64,000 nt of DNA, from NCBI GenBank assembly GCA_937625935.1, contig OW569378.1:124001-188000 (forward strand), read 5' to 3'. Positions 1 through 12,887 of the stretch are shown here, in pieces. The DNA is from Tetramitus jugosus. Taxonomy: Eukaryota; Protista; Heterolobosea. The translations under genes were made by a program, and so were the position numbers. Each line of letters begins with the position of its first letter. Within the stretch, counting starts at the first letter, position 1. The notes beneath the pieces are model-generated. The model saw nothing but the letters and a program-made list of their open reading frames with translations, ran no database searches and was not told the origin of the DNA.

Positions 1-375
1 CTTGATGACGTTCTTTCCCATAGGAGCATCATTAACTTGATATCAATCCAAGAATTGTATGACTCTTTCGAAGCCACCTTGAGCGAGGCTGTGAGAAGGA
101 AAAAGGCTGAAGTTCGTGCCCAATGGGTCAAAGATCGTAAGTTTGCCCAAGACACTGGTTTCGAAATCCCTGCCCAACCAATGGATGATAACCTCATTCC
201 TCCCATTCCATCATTCGTCACCTTGGATCAAAAGATCAGAGATATATCAAAGTTGATTCGACAGTCGATGGACCTGTATGCCCAAATTGCGACAGAAAGG
301 TATGGCTGCTCTGAAGATGACCACACCTCCGAATTGCGCTTGAAGGTGTCGGCCATTCTGACGCGAAATTATTAG
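1..375 (+). CDS. 3' end of a gene entering from the left edge, hypothetical protein
   Basis: Frame 1 is open from base 1 to TAG at 373-375; no recognisable motif. Confidence 0.6.
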   Translation, partial: LDDVLSHRSIINLISIQELYDSFEATLSEAVRRKKAEVRAQWVKDRKFAQDTGFEIPAQPMDDNLIPPIPSFVTLDQKIRDISKLIRQSMDLYAQIATERYGCSEDDHTSELRLKVSAILTRNY

Positions 376-587
376 AAAAAGGGGGTGCTGTCAGAATTTT
401 GTGCGACAAAGTCCAAAATGACAGATGATGAGTATACTTGGAAACGCCGATGAAACAGGGTCACCCCCACAAAGGAAGAGAGGTAGTGGCTATCACCGTC
501 ATCAAACCAAAAACACAACAATCAAAGAATATTCTGTCGAGTTAGAAACCAATCACAACAAACAACAAACAACAACCAACAATAAAC

Positions 588-2617
588 ATGAAGGGTAGTT
601 CGACCAGTGCAGTCAATGCTGGTTCTTCATCACCCGCCACATCCAACAATAACAACAATGGCAACAACAACAACAACAATAGCTTTTCCAAAATTCGACA
701 ATTGTGGCGGAGTAGAGCCATGAGCACAGGCAGCAATCACCACAATAGCACAGGTCACAAACCAGTCATTAGTCACCCTACGAATTTTCAACATGTAGAA
801 CACGTGGATTTTGATGAAGAGTTGGGATTGACGGGCATACCAGTCGATTGGGACATGAATCAACTACAGGGAACAGTTGCTTTTGACAAGAATCAACTCA
901 ATTCAACATCAAGCACATCTTCCTCTCCCAAATCCATTCTATCCATGCTTCACTCACCATTCCTCAACAACAACAACAACAGTAGTGGTAGTCACAACAA
1001 GAGAAACACATTGGGAGGCTCACCATCCTCTCCATTGACTAGTGGAAGTGGAAGTGGTGGTGGCAGAGGTTCTATTCGAGTGTTTGGCATGGATCAAAAA
1101 CAATTGTCGTCCAACATCAAGAAGGACGATGCGAGAAAGTCGTACATGGAACACTCGAGTGTTGCACTGTCGACATCACCGTCCTCTCCCTTGGTATCAG
1201 CATCATCAGCAGCATCAGCGTCCACATCACCATCATCCCTGTCTTCCTCACCTCAATCCTCATCTCCCATAGCATCACAAATGGGCATGTGGCATTCCAT
1301 GAATAGCAACAACAACAACAACAAGTGTGATAGTCCAACAGTCAGTCTTTCATTAAAGGACGAATGGAAGAACAAGTATCACTCTGAAGTGACACGGATG
1401 AGCACCCATGTGGAATATAGTGTGAATGATGATCCGTTGTTGCCTCCTTCTTCCTATGATCCATTGATCAATGGACCTCATCTCAGTATGTGCTCTCTCA
1501 ACAATAATAATTGTTACTTTTGTGTGTGTATGTGTGCTGAAATGAATGTGTGCGTAAACTAACCTGTGCTTTCTTTGTTATGTCTACTATGACTACTATG
1601 ACTACTATTACTACTACTACTACAGTATCATTGGTGAATACGAGAGATCCATTGAGAGACTATTGTAAATTAGTGAAGATTGGTACGGGTAGTTCAGGTG
1701 ATGTGTACAAGGCAATCCATCGAAACACGAGACGCAAGGTTGCCATCAAGATTATGCAGATTACAAAGGACACGAGAACCGAGTTGATTGAGAATGAGAT
1801 TCGAATGATGATACGGTCAAAGGACCACGAGAATGTCGTACAGTACTATGACACGTACCTCAGACAGGATGAACTGTGGATTGTCATGGAGTATATCAAT
1901 GGTGGAAAATTGACCGATTGTCTCTATTTGGCCATGACAGAACAACAGATTGCAGCCATTTTGAAACAAGTGTTGCTCACACTGGATCATATGCACGATA
2001 GGAACATGATCCACAGAGATATCAAATCGGACAATGTGCTGTTGACATCGAACAATGAAGTGAAGCTTGCGGACTTTGGTTTCACTACCATCTTAACAGA
2101 TGAATTCCCTAGAAGAAGATCAGTTGTCGGTACACCTTATTGGATGTCTCCAGAAGTAGTCAGAGGTGTCATGTATGGAACAAATGTTGATATATGGTCC
2201 TTAGGTATCTTAGCATTGGAGATTGCAAATGGAGAAGTGCCAAGACTTGAATTCCCTCCTATCAAGGCATTGTTTGTGATCAGTACGAAGCCACCTCCAG
2301 AGTTGGATGATCCTGATGCATGGTCAGAGACTTTCCAAAATTTCCTCGCAAGATGCCTCACCAAGGATCAAGACGAAAGAGCATCTACGAAAGAACTGCT
2401 TGAACATCCATTTATTCAAGCAGCAGATGATTTATCGTTCATTAGTGAGGTTGTGCAACAGGTTCACGAAGAGAAGGTCAGAAAGGGTAAGCACAAGATT
2501 GAAGTCGGCCTTCAGAAGATGACTGGTGAAGAGTATGAGTATCAAGATCGTCGTGCAGAGTCTGAGGAGGAAGAGGAGGAGATTGGTGATGATGAACTAG
2601 ATGAATGCTTCATTTAG
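588..2617 (+). CDS. p21-activated (PAK/STE20) kinase with CRIB domain; exons 588-1485, 1626-2617
   Basis: CRIB motif ISHPTNFQHVEHV; kinase motifs GTGSSGDV, VAIK, HRDIKSDN, DFG, VVGTPYWMSPE. Intron 1486-1625 (GTATG...CTAAC...CAG) joins the two ORFs in frame. Confidence 0.93.
1583..1625 (+). repeat. (ACT)n-like microsatellite in PAK intron
   Basis: tctactatgactactatgactactattactactactactacag directly before the acceptor. Confidence 0.8.
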
Positions 2618-2705
2618 AGAGTACTACCATCCTTCAGTGTTTAATTTTTGTAATACAGTCAACATTTGGTAGATATTCAGATGTTGAGCGAAATAAATAT
2701 TTTTA

Positions 2706-4557
2706 CTAAAAGTTGGATGAACTTGTCAAGCTGGCCAAAGAAAGATCAGAGGATACGCTGACATTGTCTCCATCATGCCATGATGAACTGACACCGCTCA
2801 CCGAGGAAGGTGCTTTGGTGATCCAATTCACCAATCGAGGATTCACTCGATCTCTCGCCATGTACAATTGATCTGTCCAAGCAGCTTGAAGTTCAGAAGC
2901 CCTCTTCTTCTTTTTCTGTCGCTGCAGAGTTCGTTCCAGTTCATACTCTTGCTTAGATTTCTCTATGAGTTTCGATTCTTGTTCCAAATCACTCCTCCTT
3001 AATGCTTCTTCGTACTTCAATCTCTCAGATATTTGCCGATGTAGTTCTTGTCTCATGGTCCTTTGACTATTCTTTGCAATATCTTTGGAATTGTTTGCAT
3101 TTTCGATGTTCAAATCCCTTTCACTGGTTCTTAAGGAGGTATCAGAAGCTTTGAATTCTTTTTGGAGATTGTTTTCAGAATTTCTTTTGAGCTTCTCTAC
3201 TTCAATCTGCTTTAATAGTATTTTCTGGTTTCCCTTCTCAATGATCCTTCTCATCTGTTTCATCTGCTTCTCTGCATTTGAATTCCATGTTCTTTGATTC
3301 TCTTCTTGTTGTTTCTCCACCTCTTGTTCGAGTAGTCGTTGTTTCATCTCTTGTTCATGACGATTGAATGCTTCCATCATAACAGCATCCAAATTAGCTT
3401 GCAAGGGAGTTCTATTGGAGAGAGAATTGTTTTGTACAGTGAGAGCTAGTGATGATGTACAGGACTTTTCCGACGATGGAGATTGAGCATGATCGAAACT
3501 ATCTGCTGGGGAAGATAGTCGATGAGGTAAAGGGGACGGCAGAGTAGATAAGGTTGTCCTGATGATGTTTAGATCATTACATGAAGGACTATTTCTTATG
3601 GGGTTAATTGGGGTTAAACTAAGCGATGAATTTCCTCTACTGAACTGTCTTGATGATAGTGCACCTGCATCATCGTCTCCATCAGATTTCGGTAGTCCAG
3701 CAGTGACTAACCTCTTTGTTCTTCTTTTGCGCATCAAGGAAGATTTCTTATCTGCCTGAAGCAATTTTTTATCCTGTTCACTAATGACTCGAAATACACT
3801 TTCCTCCTTGTGATTTGATACAATTCTCTCAGTCTCCGAACTTTCTGGTCTCATGGTTCCATTTTCTCTTGTTGAAGAAACTGGTATTTTCTTTGAGAGC
3901 TCAAAGTACTATTATCAATTGTTAAAAAGGTTCTTAACACAAATGTCAAAGAAGTGGCGTACCTACTCTTAATTCGACAGGTTCTTGAAAGTCCTTTTCC
4001 ATAATGAAGTCAACAATCTTTCGATCGCTAGTTAACTTTCCAATATTTCTGAACTGAACAGCAACTTGTTTTCCAGATCCCATCACTTCTCCAATTCGAT
4101 TATAAATTATTTTGAGTACACTGACAATCACCTCCTTGATTGTCGAGGCTCTTTGAGCAATTAGAAAATAGTTAACTTCGACCACCGGTATCTAGTTGAA
4201 TGAAAAATTTCCTAAGCAATGTATTCACTTGAATATCATTAATTCGCGAGCTCAACATACCTCTGAGCCAACATACTGTTTGGAACAACGTAGTCCATGT
4301 AATCTGACAAAACTTTCATTTATAACAAACACTGGAAATCGTTGTTCCTTGATGCCCATTGTCCCTCCATCTATTTTCTTGATCTGGAAAGTGAATTTTC
4401 CCAGACCAATTAAACTGGATGCTTTTCCATTCTTCAATTGATTCTCAATGTAGCGACAAACAACCTCCCATATCTCGGCAATCTCAATTGCTTTAATTTT
4501 CGAGAATCGACTCGCTATTCGTTCGCAATCTTCGAAGAGCTCAACCTCAGTGTACAT
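2706..4557 (-). CDS. CCDC81-like protein (two HU-like domains plus coiled coil; centrosome/cilium associated); exons 4557-4261, 4191-3967, 3908-2706
   Basis: IWEVVCRYIENQLKNGK..IGLGKFTF..QRFPVFVINESFVRLHGL and VNYFLIAQ..VQFRNIGKL resemble the CCDC81 HU domains. Introns 4192-4260 and 3909-3966 restore the frame. Confidence 0.75.
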
Positions 4558-4732
4558 GGTTCTTCGAAAATATGATTCCCACAAAATCTATCACCAATTG
4601 AACTTTGTTCCCAAAAATCGAGACCAATCTCTGTAGATGAGGCACCTCACCTCCGACAATTCAACCACTCCAATTCCCCTGTTCCTGAAATTCATTGAAC
4701 ATTGAAAAATCAAAAACAAAGAAACACCACCA

Positions 4733-6562
4733 ATGGTCAAACAACAAAAGCATTCTTCAACCCACTTTAAGAATAACAACAATAACAACAAGAATGCTCA
4801 TCATCCATCCATCATAAATCCATCATCTTCATCCTCATCATCCATTCAAAAACAACGAAAAACATTACTCGCCAACAACAATCATACAAAAAAAACGAGC
4901 AACAAGACAATTGATGAATCTCATGTCATTTCAACCAATAACAACCACAACAACAACAATAATAATAGCAATCATAATCTATTGACTCTATTGAAAAAAT
5001 CAGTGACAACCACAGATGATGATGATGAATTTTCATTTGATGCCATACGATACGTGTTTATCGATGCAGAGACATGTGGATTATGTACAAACAACAACAA
5101 TCGTAGTGCTGTCTCATTCTCAAACATGGGAAAATATGAACAATCATCTCATCGCACTCAAATCATTCATTACATGACACAACAAACATGCTGCTCTATT
5201 CAATCCATTTATCACTGTTATCGCAACTATTATACATGTTACAATGATATTCAACAACAACAACAACAACAATCCAATAGCATTACATCTACCACTACTA
5301 CTACTGGTGATAATGATGATCATTCATTGAAACATGCATTGTCAAATCATCATCACCTTCACAATAACAACAACAATAATAACAACAACAACACAACCAC
5401 TACATGTAGTTGCAAGAAACAAAAGAAGAACACGAATGCTGATTCTGCTTGTTTCAATTGTAATTGTCTGATTGTGACATTTGATCCCCTATTGAGACAA
5501 CACTTGATGAAACAGTGTGGTGTGAAGCGAAAGATTTTGAACATTTCAGATGCATGGTTCACATTTATTCGTGCACAACATCAGTTCATTGACAGACAAT
5601 CCATTCTCCAATCCAACATTCTCACCTCCACTACTGCCTCTACCACTATTCAACAACAACAACAACAACTAAATGCATCATCATTAATAACAACAACAGT
5701 AGCAAATGAAAAAACATTGGTCATTGATGGAAACAACTTGTTCTATCACATGTTTCCATGCGTGTCCCAACAAGACAAATCACGGGCCAATGATTTGTGT
5801 ACAAGAGTGTTGTACGCCTTTTGGAGAAGATTACAACAACAACAATCGAGAATCATGATGAAGCACAATTCTTCAAGGAGTAACAAGAATAAGAATAGTG
5901 ATGATGATGGTGCATATTATTCATCGATTTTGAATCGTTTGAGACATGTCATTGTATTCTATGATTACAAGATGATTGAATCATTTAAAATTCTTCTCAA
6001 ACAACAAGCACCATTGAACGATAGTAGTACTAGTAGTAGTACTAGTAGTAGTAGCAGTCACAATGATGAGGATGAATGTATGACTGTCGTCTCATCATCC
6101 AACACAACAACACCATGTAGTGGTATTAATATTCATGATACAGGAAGTGAACACAGTAGTAGTTTTATGGTTTGTGGACCATTGAAGAAGCGAAAGGATG
6201 CTGATGAAGAAATGATTCATTATTTGACTGTGGAGGCCAAGCGACGCACAATGCAACAACAATCGAACAACAATCATCGGTTAAAGGACTTTTATTTGGT
6301 GACGGGTGATGCTGCACTTATTGGTAGAGCGTCCCACCACAAGATTTATCAGGGGCACTTGAATTGTGGCCAAATGATTGATTTGTTGCAGAGTGTGCTC
6401 GGTGGCCATACAGAAACACACAGTGGTGGGCCAAAGCAACGTCAGAAACGCATTACATCAGACAAAGTGGAACAGTGGTTGCTAAAACATTTGCCAGAGT
6501 GGGATTCCCTGCCAGAATCACTTACACAACAACAACAACCACCAATAAAGAAGAAGAAATAA
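4733..6562 (+). CDS. NYN/PIN-fold (YacP/Rae1-like) ribonuclease, probably two tandem domains, interrupted by poly-N/Q/T/S tracts
   Basis: C-terminal unit LVIDGNNL..VIVFYD..DADEEMI..LVTGDAALIGRA. N-terminal unit YVFIDAE..NADS..LIVTFDPLLRQHL. Confidence 0.65.
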   Translation: MVKQQKHSSTHFKNNNNNNKNAHHPSIINPSSSSSSSIQKQRKTLLANNNHTKKTSNKTIDESHVISTNNNHNNNNNNSNHNLLTLLKKSVTTTDDDDEFSFDAIRYVFIDAETCGLCTNNNNRSAVSFSNMGKYEQSSHRTQIIHYMTQQTCCSIQSIYHCYRNYYTCYNDIQQQQQQQSNSITSTTTTTGDNDDHSLKHALSNHHHLHNNNNNNNNNNTTTTCSCKKQKKNTNADSACFNCNCLIVTFDPLLRQHLMKQCGVKRKILNISDAWFTFIRAQHQFIDRQSILQSNILTSTTASTTIQQQQQQLNASSLITTTVANEKTLVIDGNNLFYHMFPCVSQQDKSRANDLCTRVLYAFWRRLQQQQSRIMMKHNSSRSNKNKNSDDDGAYYSSILNRLRHVIVFYDYKMIESFKILLKQQAPLNDSSTSSSTSSSSSHNDEDECMTVVSSSNTTTPCSGINIHDTGSEHSSSFMVCGPLKKRKDADEEMIHYLTVEAKRRTMQQQSNNNHRLKDFYLVTGDAALIGRASHHKIYQGHLNCGQMIDLLQSVLGGHTETHSGGPKQRQKRITSDKVEQWLLKHLPEWDSLPESLTQQQQPPIKKKK

Positions 6563-6585
6563 CTCCCAAACATACGATTGTTGAT

Positions 6586-8040
6586 TTAATAGCAATTCTT
6601 TTTCACGATGCGATCCTTTCCGTGCTCTGCCAACAATTGTTTTGTAATCCAATTGTTGATTGGTTGACACTTGCCTGCACCAATGTCCTGGATCCACTGT
6701 TGAGCACCGTACCAGGCACCAGCAGTCGTCTCGGATTCAAAGTCTCCACTTGCATAACCGACATGAACAGAGTCGACAAAGGATTCAGACTCTGGTTGTT
6801 GCCTCAATCCCTCTCTCAACTCTGCACTCAATCGATCCTGCAGTCCCACCAGCAGACTCGTACCTCCAGACAGCACAATATTGCTGTACAGAGCACGCTT
6901 ATCCTCTTCCTTTGAAAAATGATTCTGCACCGTATCGTACAATGATTTCTGCAAACTGACAGAATTCAAATTGCCAATCAACTCTGGGTTGAACAATGGT
7001 TCGACGCACTTGAATGCCTCTCCATTGCCAATCAACACCTTCTCGCCCGTGGACAATTCCAACTCTTGTGAAAATTCACTCGGATTTCGCACCATGTCAT
7101 CCATCTCCTTCTTGAAATCAACAGAGCAGTAGGCCATGCTCTTCTTGATGTGCTCTGACACTCTAAACACCTCTGTTGCTTCAACAATGTAACCCGATTG
7201 TCTCAACAGATCCATCAGATAGGTGTTGATGGATTGACCTGCAATGCCATTCAACGACGTGGCACAGTGATACAATGGCTGATGATTGAGAATGGGAATA
7301 ATAGTGGTGCGCGATACACCCAAATCCACTGCAATACCAGATGAGAGTGATGATGATGATGATTTGTTGTGTTGTTGACCATGATTTCTCATGTTCAACA
7401 CACCGGATGCCTCAAATATCAATTGTTCGCATCCCATGCTCTCAATCAACATTTCACACAATTGTTGTCGATCAGACAGAGGAGCACACACGGGATCACT
7501 TGTCACAATCAAACTGTTCTTTGATTTTCTAATTGTTGCAGTTGTTGCTGTTGTTGAGGAGGAAGGACAGAGAATGGATTGATAATAGGATTGAATGGCA
7601 TCCCAGTTGGCTACTCTACCATTTTGAATCGGGTATTGAAACAAGGTCATTTCAGTGTCGCTCTGACCCACTTTTCTCAACTGTTTCATCAATTTGGTCG
7701 CACTGTGTCCAATGCATGTCGTACTCGTTGATGATTGTTTTTTGGTAGTGGGATAGGTCACAGACACGACAGTGGGTTGAACAATGGGATCATTACTGGT
7801 GTCGATGTCTGATGATGCAGACAATAGTCCATACTTTGTGTCTGATTGTCCCATGTCAATCATCTACACACACACACATATATATATTGTACATGTAATT
7901 TACGAAGAGAGAGATACAAGTGAGTTTGTGATCATGGCTGTGCTGTATTTGTGGTGGACAACAACAAACAATGATGATGATGATGAACGTACCATGATTC
8001 CTGATGATGTGGATGTGGTGGATCGGCTCGGTGGTGGCAT
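6586..8040 (-). CDS. divergent actin-related protein; exons 8040-7918, 7863-6586
   Basis: IDMGQSDTKYG, YPIQNGRVANWD, GIAVDLG..TTIIPI, IAGQSIN, EPLFNP, NIVLSGGTSLLVGLQDRL, AWYGA. Intron 7864-7917 is phase 0. The start may be a downstream ATG. Confidence 0.85.
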
Positions 8041-8213
8041 GTTTAAATGTCGTTTGATTAATAACGTTTACTGTACACAACAAGTTTGCTTTTCGTCGTT
8101 TGTTTTCTATCAAGTGGATTCTCACTTTTTTTTTATGGTTTGTGACGGGTGACGCTGATGTGATGCGGATATTTATTTATAACAGGAAGCATTCTTTATT
8201 GTGTTGATGATAT

Positions 8214-10200
8214 TTAGACAATGGTGTATTCAGCAACTTGCAAGAGAGATTCCTTGCTGTGTGAAACAGGTTTGCCATCGATTGACGAGACAACATCTTC
8301 AACGCTGACACCCATCAGAGTCTTCTGTGAAGAGAATTGTACATTGACTGGGAAGCAGCTGCTCTCATCACCTCTGGCACCAGCAACCAAAAACTCCAAG
8401 CTTCCACTCGTGTTCTTAATACTTACATCTACATTGTCCAGATACCATAGGAACAAACCGTTTCTGGCATCAATCTTGTAATGACCGTGCTCAATGCTCT
8501 CTACCTGCACATTCTCAGTGTCTGGAATAGGTATGGCGATCACAACATTGTTCAACTCAATGTCCTTTCGTACCAATTCGTACTCGACACTGACAGACAA
8601 TCCTTCTGCACTAGGTGAAGGCCAGCAGGAGACAGTAAATGGCAAGAAGCTCTCATCTTCCTCTTGCATTCTCCATGTGAGAACCTTGAGATTTCCAGCA
8701 GGGAACGGTCTCTTTGCATTCTTCAATCCAATAATGCGATTGTCAGTGTACAATTGCTTATCAATCTTTGGATGAGTCTTGACAGTGTAGCTCTTGTCAC
8801 TTGTTGCTGGTTGGAGAATCTGGACGCGAATGGTGCCCTGTGATTCATCTTCAATATTGAACAGCATTTCACCCTTGAGACTGACCTTGGCACCACCTTC
8901 GTGATTCACTTCTGCTCTAAACTGTTCTTCCACTTGAATGTGAATACTCTTCTTTTGTACAGTTGGATGTGCGTGTGGCACTGGAAGAGAGACACCAGTG
9001 GCACCACTGACGTTGCGACCCTGATCTTCCTCCTCGTCCAATTGGTCATCCAGTGAAATGTCTTCATTCTTGGCCATCTCTCTAAACAGTTCATTGTTCT
9101 TTGGTTGAGATTTGACACCTGTTGGGATCAATTTCATGGTTGGAGGCTTGATACCAGATTTGGTGGCAGCTGTAGTAGTCGTAGTAGTGGAGGCACCACC
9201 ATAGGATGGCTTGCCATAGCCACCAGAGGATGCAGCTGATGCTGATTGACTGCTAATGCCAGTGTACTTGCCCATTTCACCACTTGGTGTTGCGGATGGT
9301 GATCTTCCATAGGAGGATGATGATGATGATTCAAAGCCACCACCACCAGATCCTCTGCCAAAGCCTGCATCAGAGCTTCCAATACCCTGTCCATATCGTC
9401 CAGTGTGCTTTGCCTTGTCCACTGCAATTTCAGCAGCCTTGTTTCTACCTCTGAGAATTGCATCTTCAATCTTGGACTATAGAGTGGTTGGACACATATG
9501 ATAGATAGAGGAAGAATCAATCATAAAAAGTCAGTACAAATCAGATGAAATGGATGGTAAACATGTCAAGAGAGAGAGAGACATAGAAAAAAATGAACAA
9601 CATACTTGACGAATCATATTCTGTAGTACTTCTTCGTGACTCTCCATTTCTAAAATGTTGTGAATTTGATCCATTTCCAACTTTTCTCTGAATCCCATGG
9701 AAATCAGTTCATCAAATGCCATCATCAACTCATATGCCTGTTGAATCACTTCGTCTTCGGAGATGAATGAGGAACATGTTTCTTTGACCTATCAATAGTT
9801 GTTAAACACATTGTTCAGGGTTTTTTTTTTCGTCATCATCATCATATGAGTCAGTATCATCATCATCATCATTTGCAACAACAACAACAACAAGTACACA
9901 CAATGACAACTATACAATAATTGATTTACATACAACTCTAGATATCATTTGTAATGTGTCCAAATCTTCAACAATGTTACTTGATTTTGTAGTCACAAGA
10001 ACCAAATACAATAATTCCATGGGTGTGTAAACATAGCGAACAGAATCAGTCTCTACAAATGTGTGCTCAGAGTTTGGTTGAATGAGTTTGGGGAATGCAG
10101 TCAACAGCCCTTCTATTCGCACACGAGAAATGTCTCTGTACTGACGAGCAACAAGGGCTTTTCCAGATCGGTTCACGATCGCAACAGATATAATAACCAT
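8214..10200 (-). CDS. ARCN1: coatomer subunit delta; exons 10200-9934, 9788-9606, 9476-8214
   Basis: GKALVARQY..RVRIEGLLTAFPKL..HTFVETDSVRYVY, LEMESHEE, C-terminal MHD (THPKIDK, PFTVSCWPS). Canonical introns 9789-9933 and 9477-9605. Confidence 0.96.
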
Positions 10201-10429
10201 TGTGATGATCGATAATTATATAATGTGGATGGGGTGGTGCTGTTGTTGTTGTTGATTGTGATGATGATGGGATTGATCCTCCAGTGAAAAATCTTCTCTT
10301 TGTTTTGTGCACGAAAAAAGTTTTTTTCTTGGCGGCGATAACAAGTCCCGTTTATTTTTGATCATGATTTATTCCGACTCTTTGTAATCTTCGTGTTGTG
10401 TTCGAATGACGTCGGATACAACCACGTGC

Positions 10430-12517
10430 TCACTGGTCTTCGTCAGAACGATCTTCATCGAAACTTTCTTCCTCAGTTTCGTATTCTGAACCTTCTTCTT
10501 CTTCTTCTTCACTTGTTCCAGTTTCTTCTTCCTCCTTCTTGCCTTCTTGCATCATTCGAACGAGATCAGCACTCAAAAATGTGACACATTCACTAAAAGT
10601 AATTTGTTGATTGTTCCATGGATCGATATGGTTGAGCCAATAGTCGATATCATTCTCTGTTCTTTCAGGGTTCATTGTGAGCAAAAGTTTACGGAACTCG
10701 GCTTCGTTGATGACACCATTCTTGTCATTATCAAACTGCTTGAAGAGCTTGACAAACTTGGAAAGAAATCTCTCATGACCCTTCAATTGGAAATCAAGTA
10801 GTACTTTCAAAAATTCATTGTATGGAATCTTGTTGTCCCTTAACAACTCCTTCTTGTTCTTCTGCCTTCTCAAATTCAGCTTGTTGATTGCGTCTTGTAC
10901 CTTAACAATAACGTTCACAGAGTCCTCCTTGTTGTACATGTATTTGATGATATCTACCCATTCTTCTTCATTCAACACACCAATTGCACCCATCTTCTTT
11001 TGGAGAATGGCAATAATTTCTGAATCTATCTTCTTTGGATACTTTCCCTTGACGTACACCCTCAGTAACTCTGCAACTGTATCACATAGCTGTCTTTGTA
11101 CAAATCTAAACTCTTCATCAATCTCATTCCTTAGAATCTTTCCGAACACTGCCACACTGTTATCATCTGGAGTGTACTTCTTAACACCTTGGGTAATAGC
11201 ACTCGCCCACTCCAGAATCAAATTCTTCAAGCCATACTTTTGATTCAAATAAGTATACAAATGTTGTTCCATCGTTTCTCTAGGTAGTTGATTGTCTACA
11301 CACTTTTGATCAAACTTAGACTTTGAAGCATATATCTCATCGATGATTTCTCTAATTTGTTTTAAAGAGAGTACCTTCGATATCTTTGGGGCAGGCTTAC
11401 TGGAAATAGACGACTCGTTTCCACTCGCATTCTTTGAAGAGTTAAGTAAGTGCTTGGGAGAAGTATTGATCTGAGTAGAAATCTTTTGACGATTGAGCTG
11501 GAATTGTCTTAATCTGTTTTTGTGTTTTTCGAGCTCTGTTCTCAAGTAACCAACTTCTTCAATGAATTTCTCTTTCTCTGCTTCGAATTGTTCGGCCAAC
11601 TTATTCTTTGCTGCTTCGTTCTCCAGGGTTTCTTTCTCTAAAATTTCAGCTGCTTCTAGCAACTGTCCTATCTCTTGATCTGAAATGGAGCAGGTCAGTT
11701 AAGAACATTGAGGGAAAAGAAAAATATTATGCATACCAGATCGTTCCAAATCTTTGGTTACAATACTTGAAAACTTGTAATATTGGGAGAGCAGCGTGTC
11801 ATAACTAAAGAAGGCCGAAGAAACTACTGATGAGATGTATGGATGGGACTCACTCAATTTCTCTAGAAATCCTGTTAACATTTTTGATATCACAACTCTT
11901 TGTTTCTCCATGCTCTCTGGTGCAGTCACTCCAATGTTAGATGATAATTCAATCCAAGTGTTGCTCAATTCCTCTTCTGTTTTTGTTGAGTTTGGCTCTT
12001 GGTTCACAACCAAGAACAGATCTCGCAAGTGGTTCAAATCTAATCGATCATTGCTGGAGGATATTTGAATTGAATTTTTACCTGTTTGAGCTACCTCTCT
12101 CGCTACAGGCTCCCCAGAAGTCGGTATCGTATTGGGAAAGTCAGTGTCTGGAATATCTGTCAGAGGTGTGCCATTGAATGACTCAAGATTTGTCAAAGAA
12201 ACAATAATCTCATCTTCGTCTGACTCTGACAAGTTAATGTACAAATGTTTCAAACTTGGAAGGGAGAAGAGACCACTCATGATTGAACCCAAATCAGAGA
12301 ATTCATTTTGAGTGAGATCCAAGAATTCCAAACGGGCGAGACCTGACATGTCAGAAGGGAGTTTGGTCAATTTGTTTTGACCGAGTCTCAGAATTTTGAG
12401 ATTCTTTAGCTTAATGAGGTCTGGCATAACCTCTTCCAGAGAGGTTAGGTGGCAATCCTCAAGAGTAACTTCTGTAGCATCAGGGAAGTTGAACAGTATT
12501 TCTTTCACCTTATTCAT
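10430..12517 (-). CDS. LRR + coiled-coil + EF-hand protein (TSNAXIP1-like C-terminal region); exons 12517-11737, 11679-10430
   Basis: LRRs LKILRLGQNKL and LEFLDLTQNEF; YLNQKYGLKNL..VFGKILRNEIDEEF; EF-hand DNDKNGVINEAEF. Intron 11680-11736 is in frame. Confidence 0.75.
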
Positions 12518-12887
12518 GATCGGTATCTTTCTCACTTGTAAAATGCAAGTTCTTTGCTTTTTTATCTCGTTTCGCAACACCAAAACTGTTTAGAATTTCT
12601 TGTAATGAGCGAAACGGCAAGACGGAAAAAACCGTAGTGATCATAACTCCGCCTTCGACTCGCAGTGTGGCTTGTTGCCTTCAAAAAGTTTGCTGGAGCT
12701 TGGGTACGTACTGTTGTCGTGGACAGTCATATTGAATTGTTGATGACCAACACATGAAACATTCCTCTCAAGAGATCTCGTCGTGTATTTCTTTCCCACC
12801 AAAAAATTCAAGTTTTCCCGCCCACACCAACAAAAACAAAAGCTTTCGTGTCTCGTGCCAATCAAACAATTATAAAACAACAACAAG

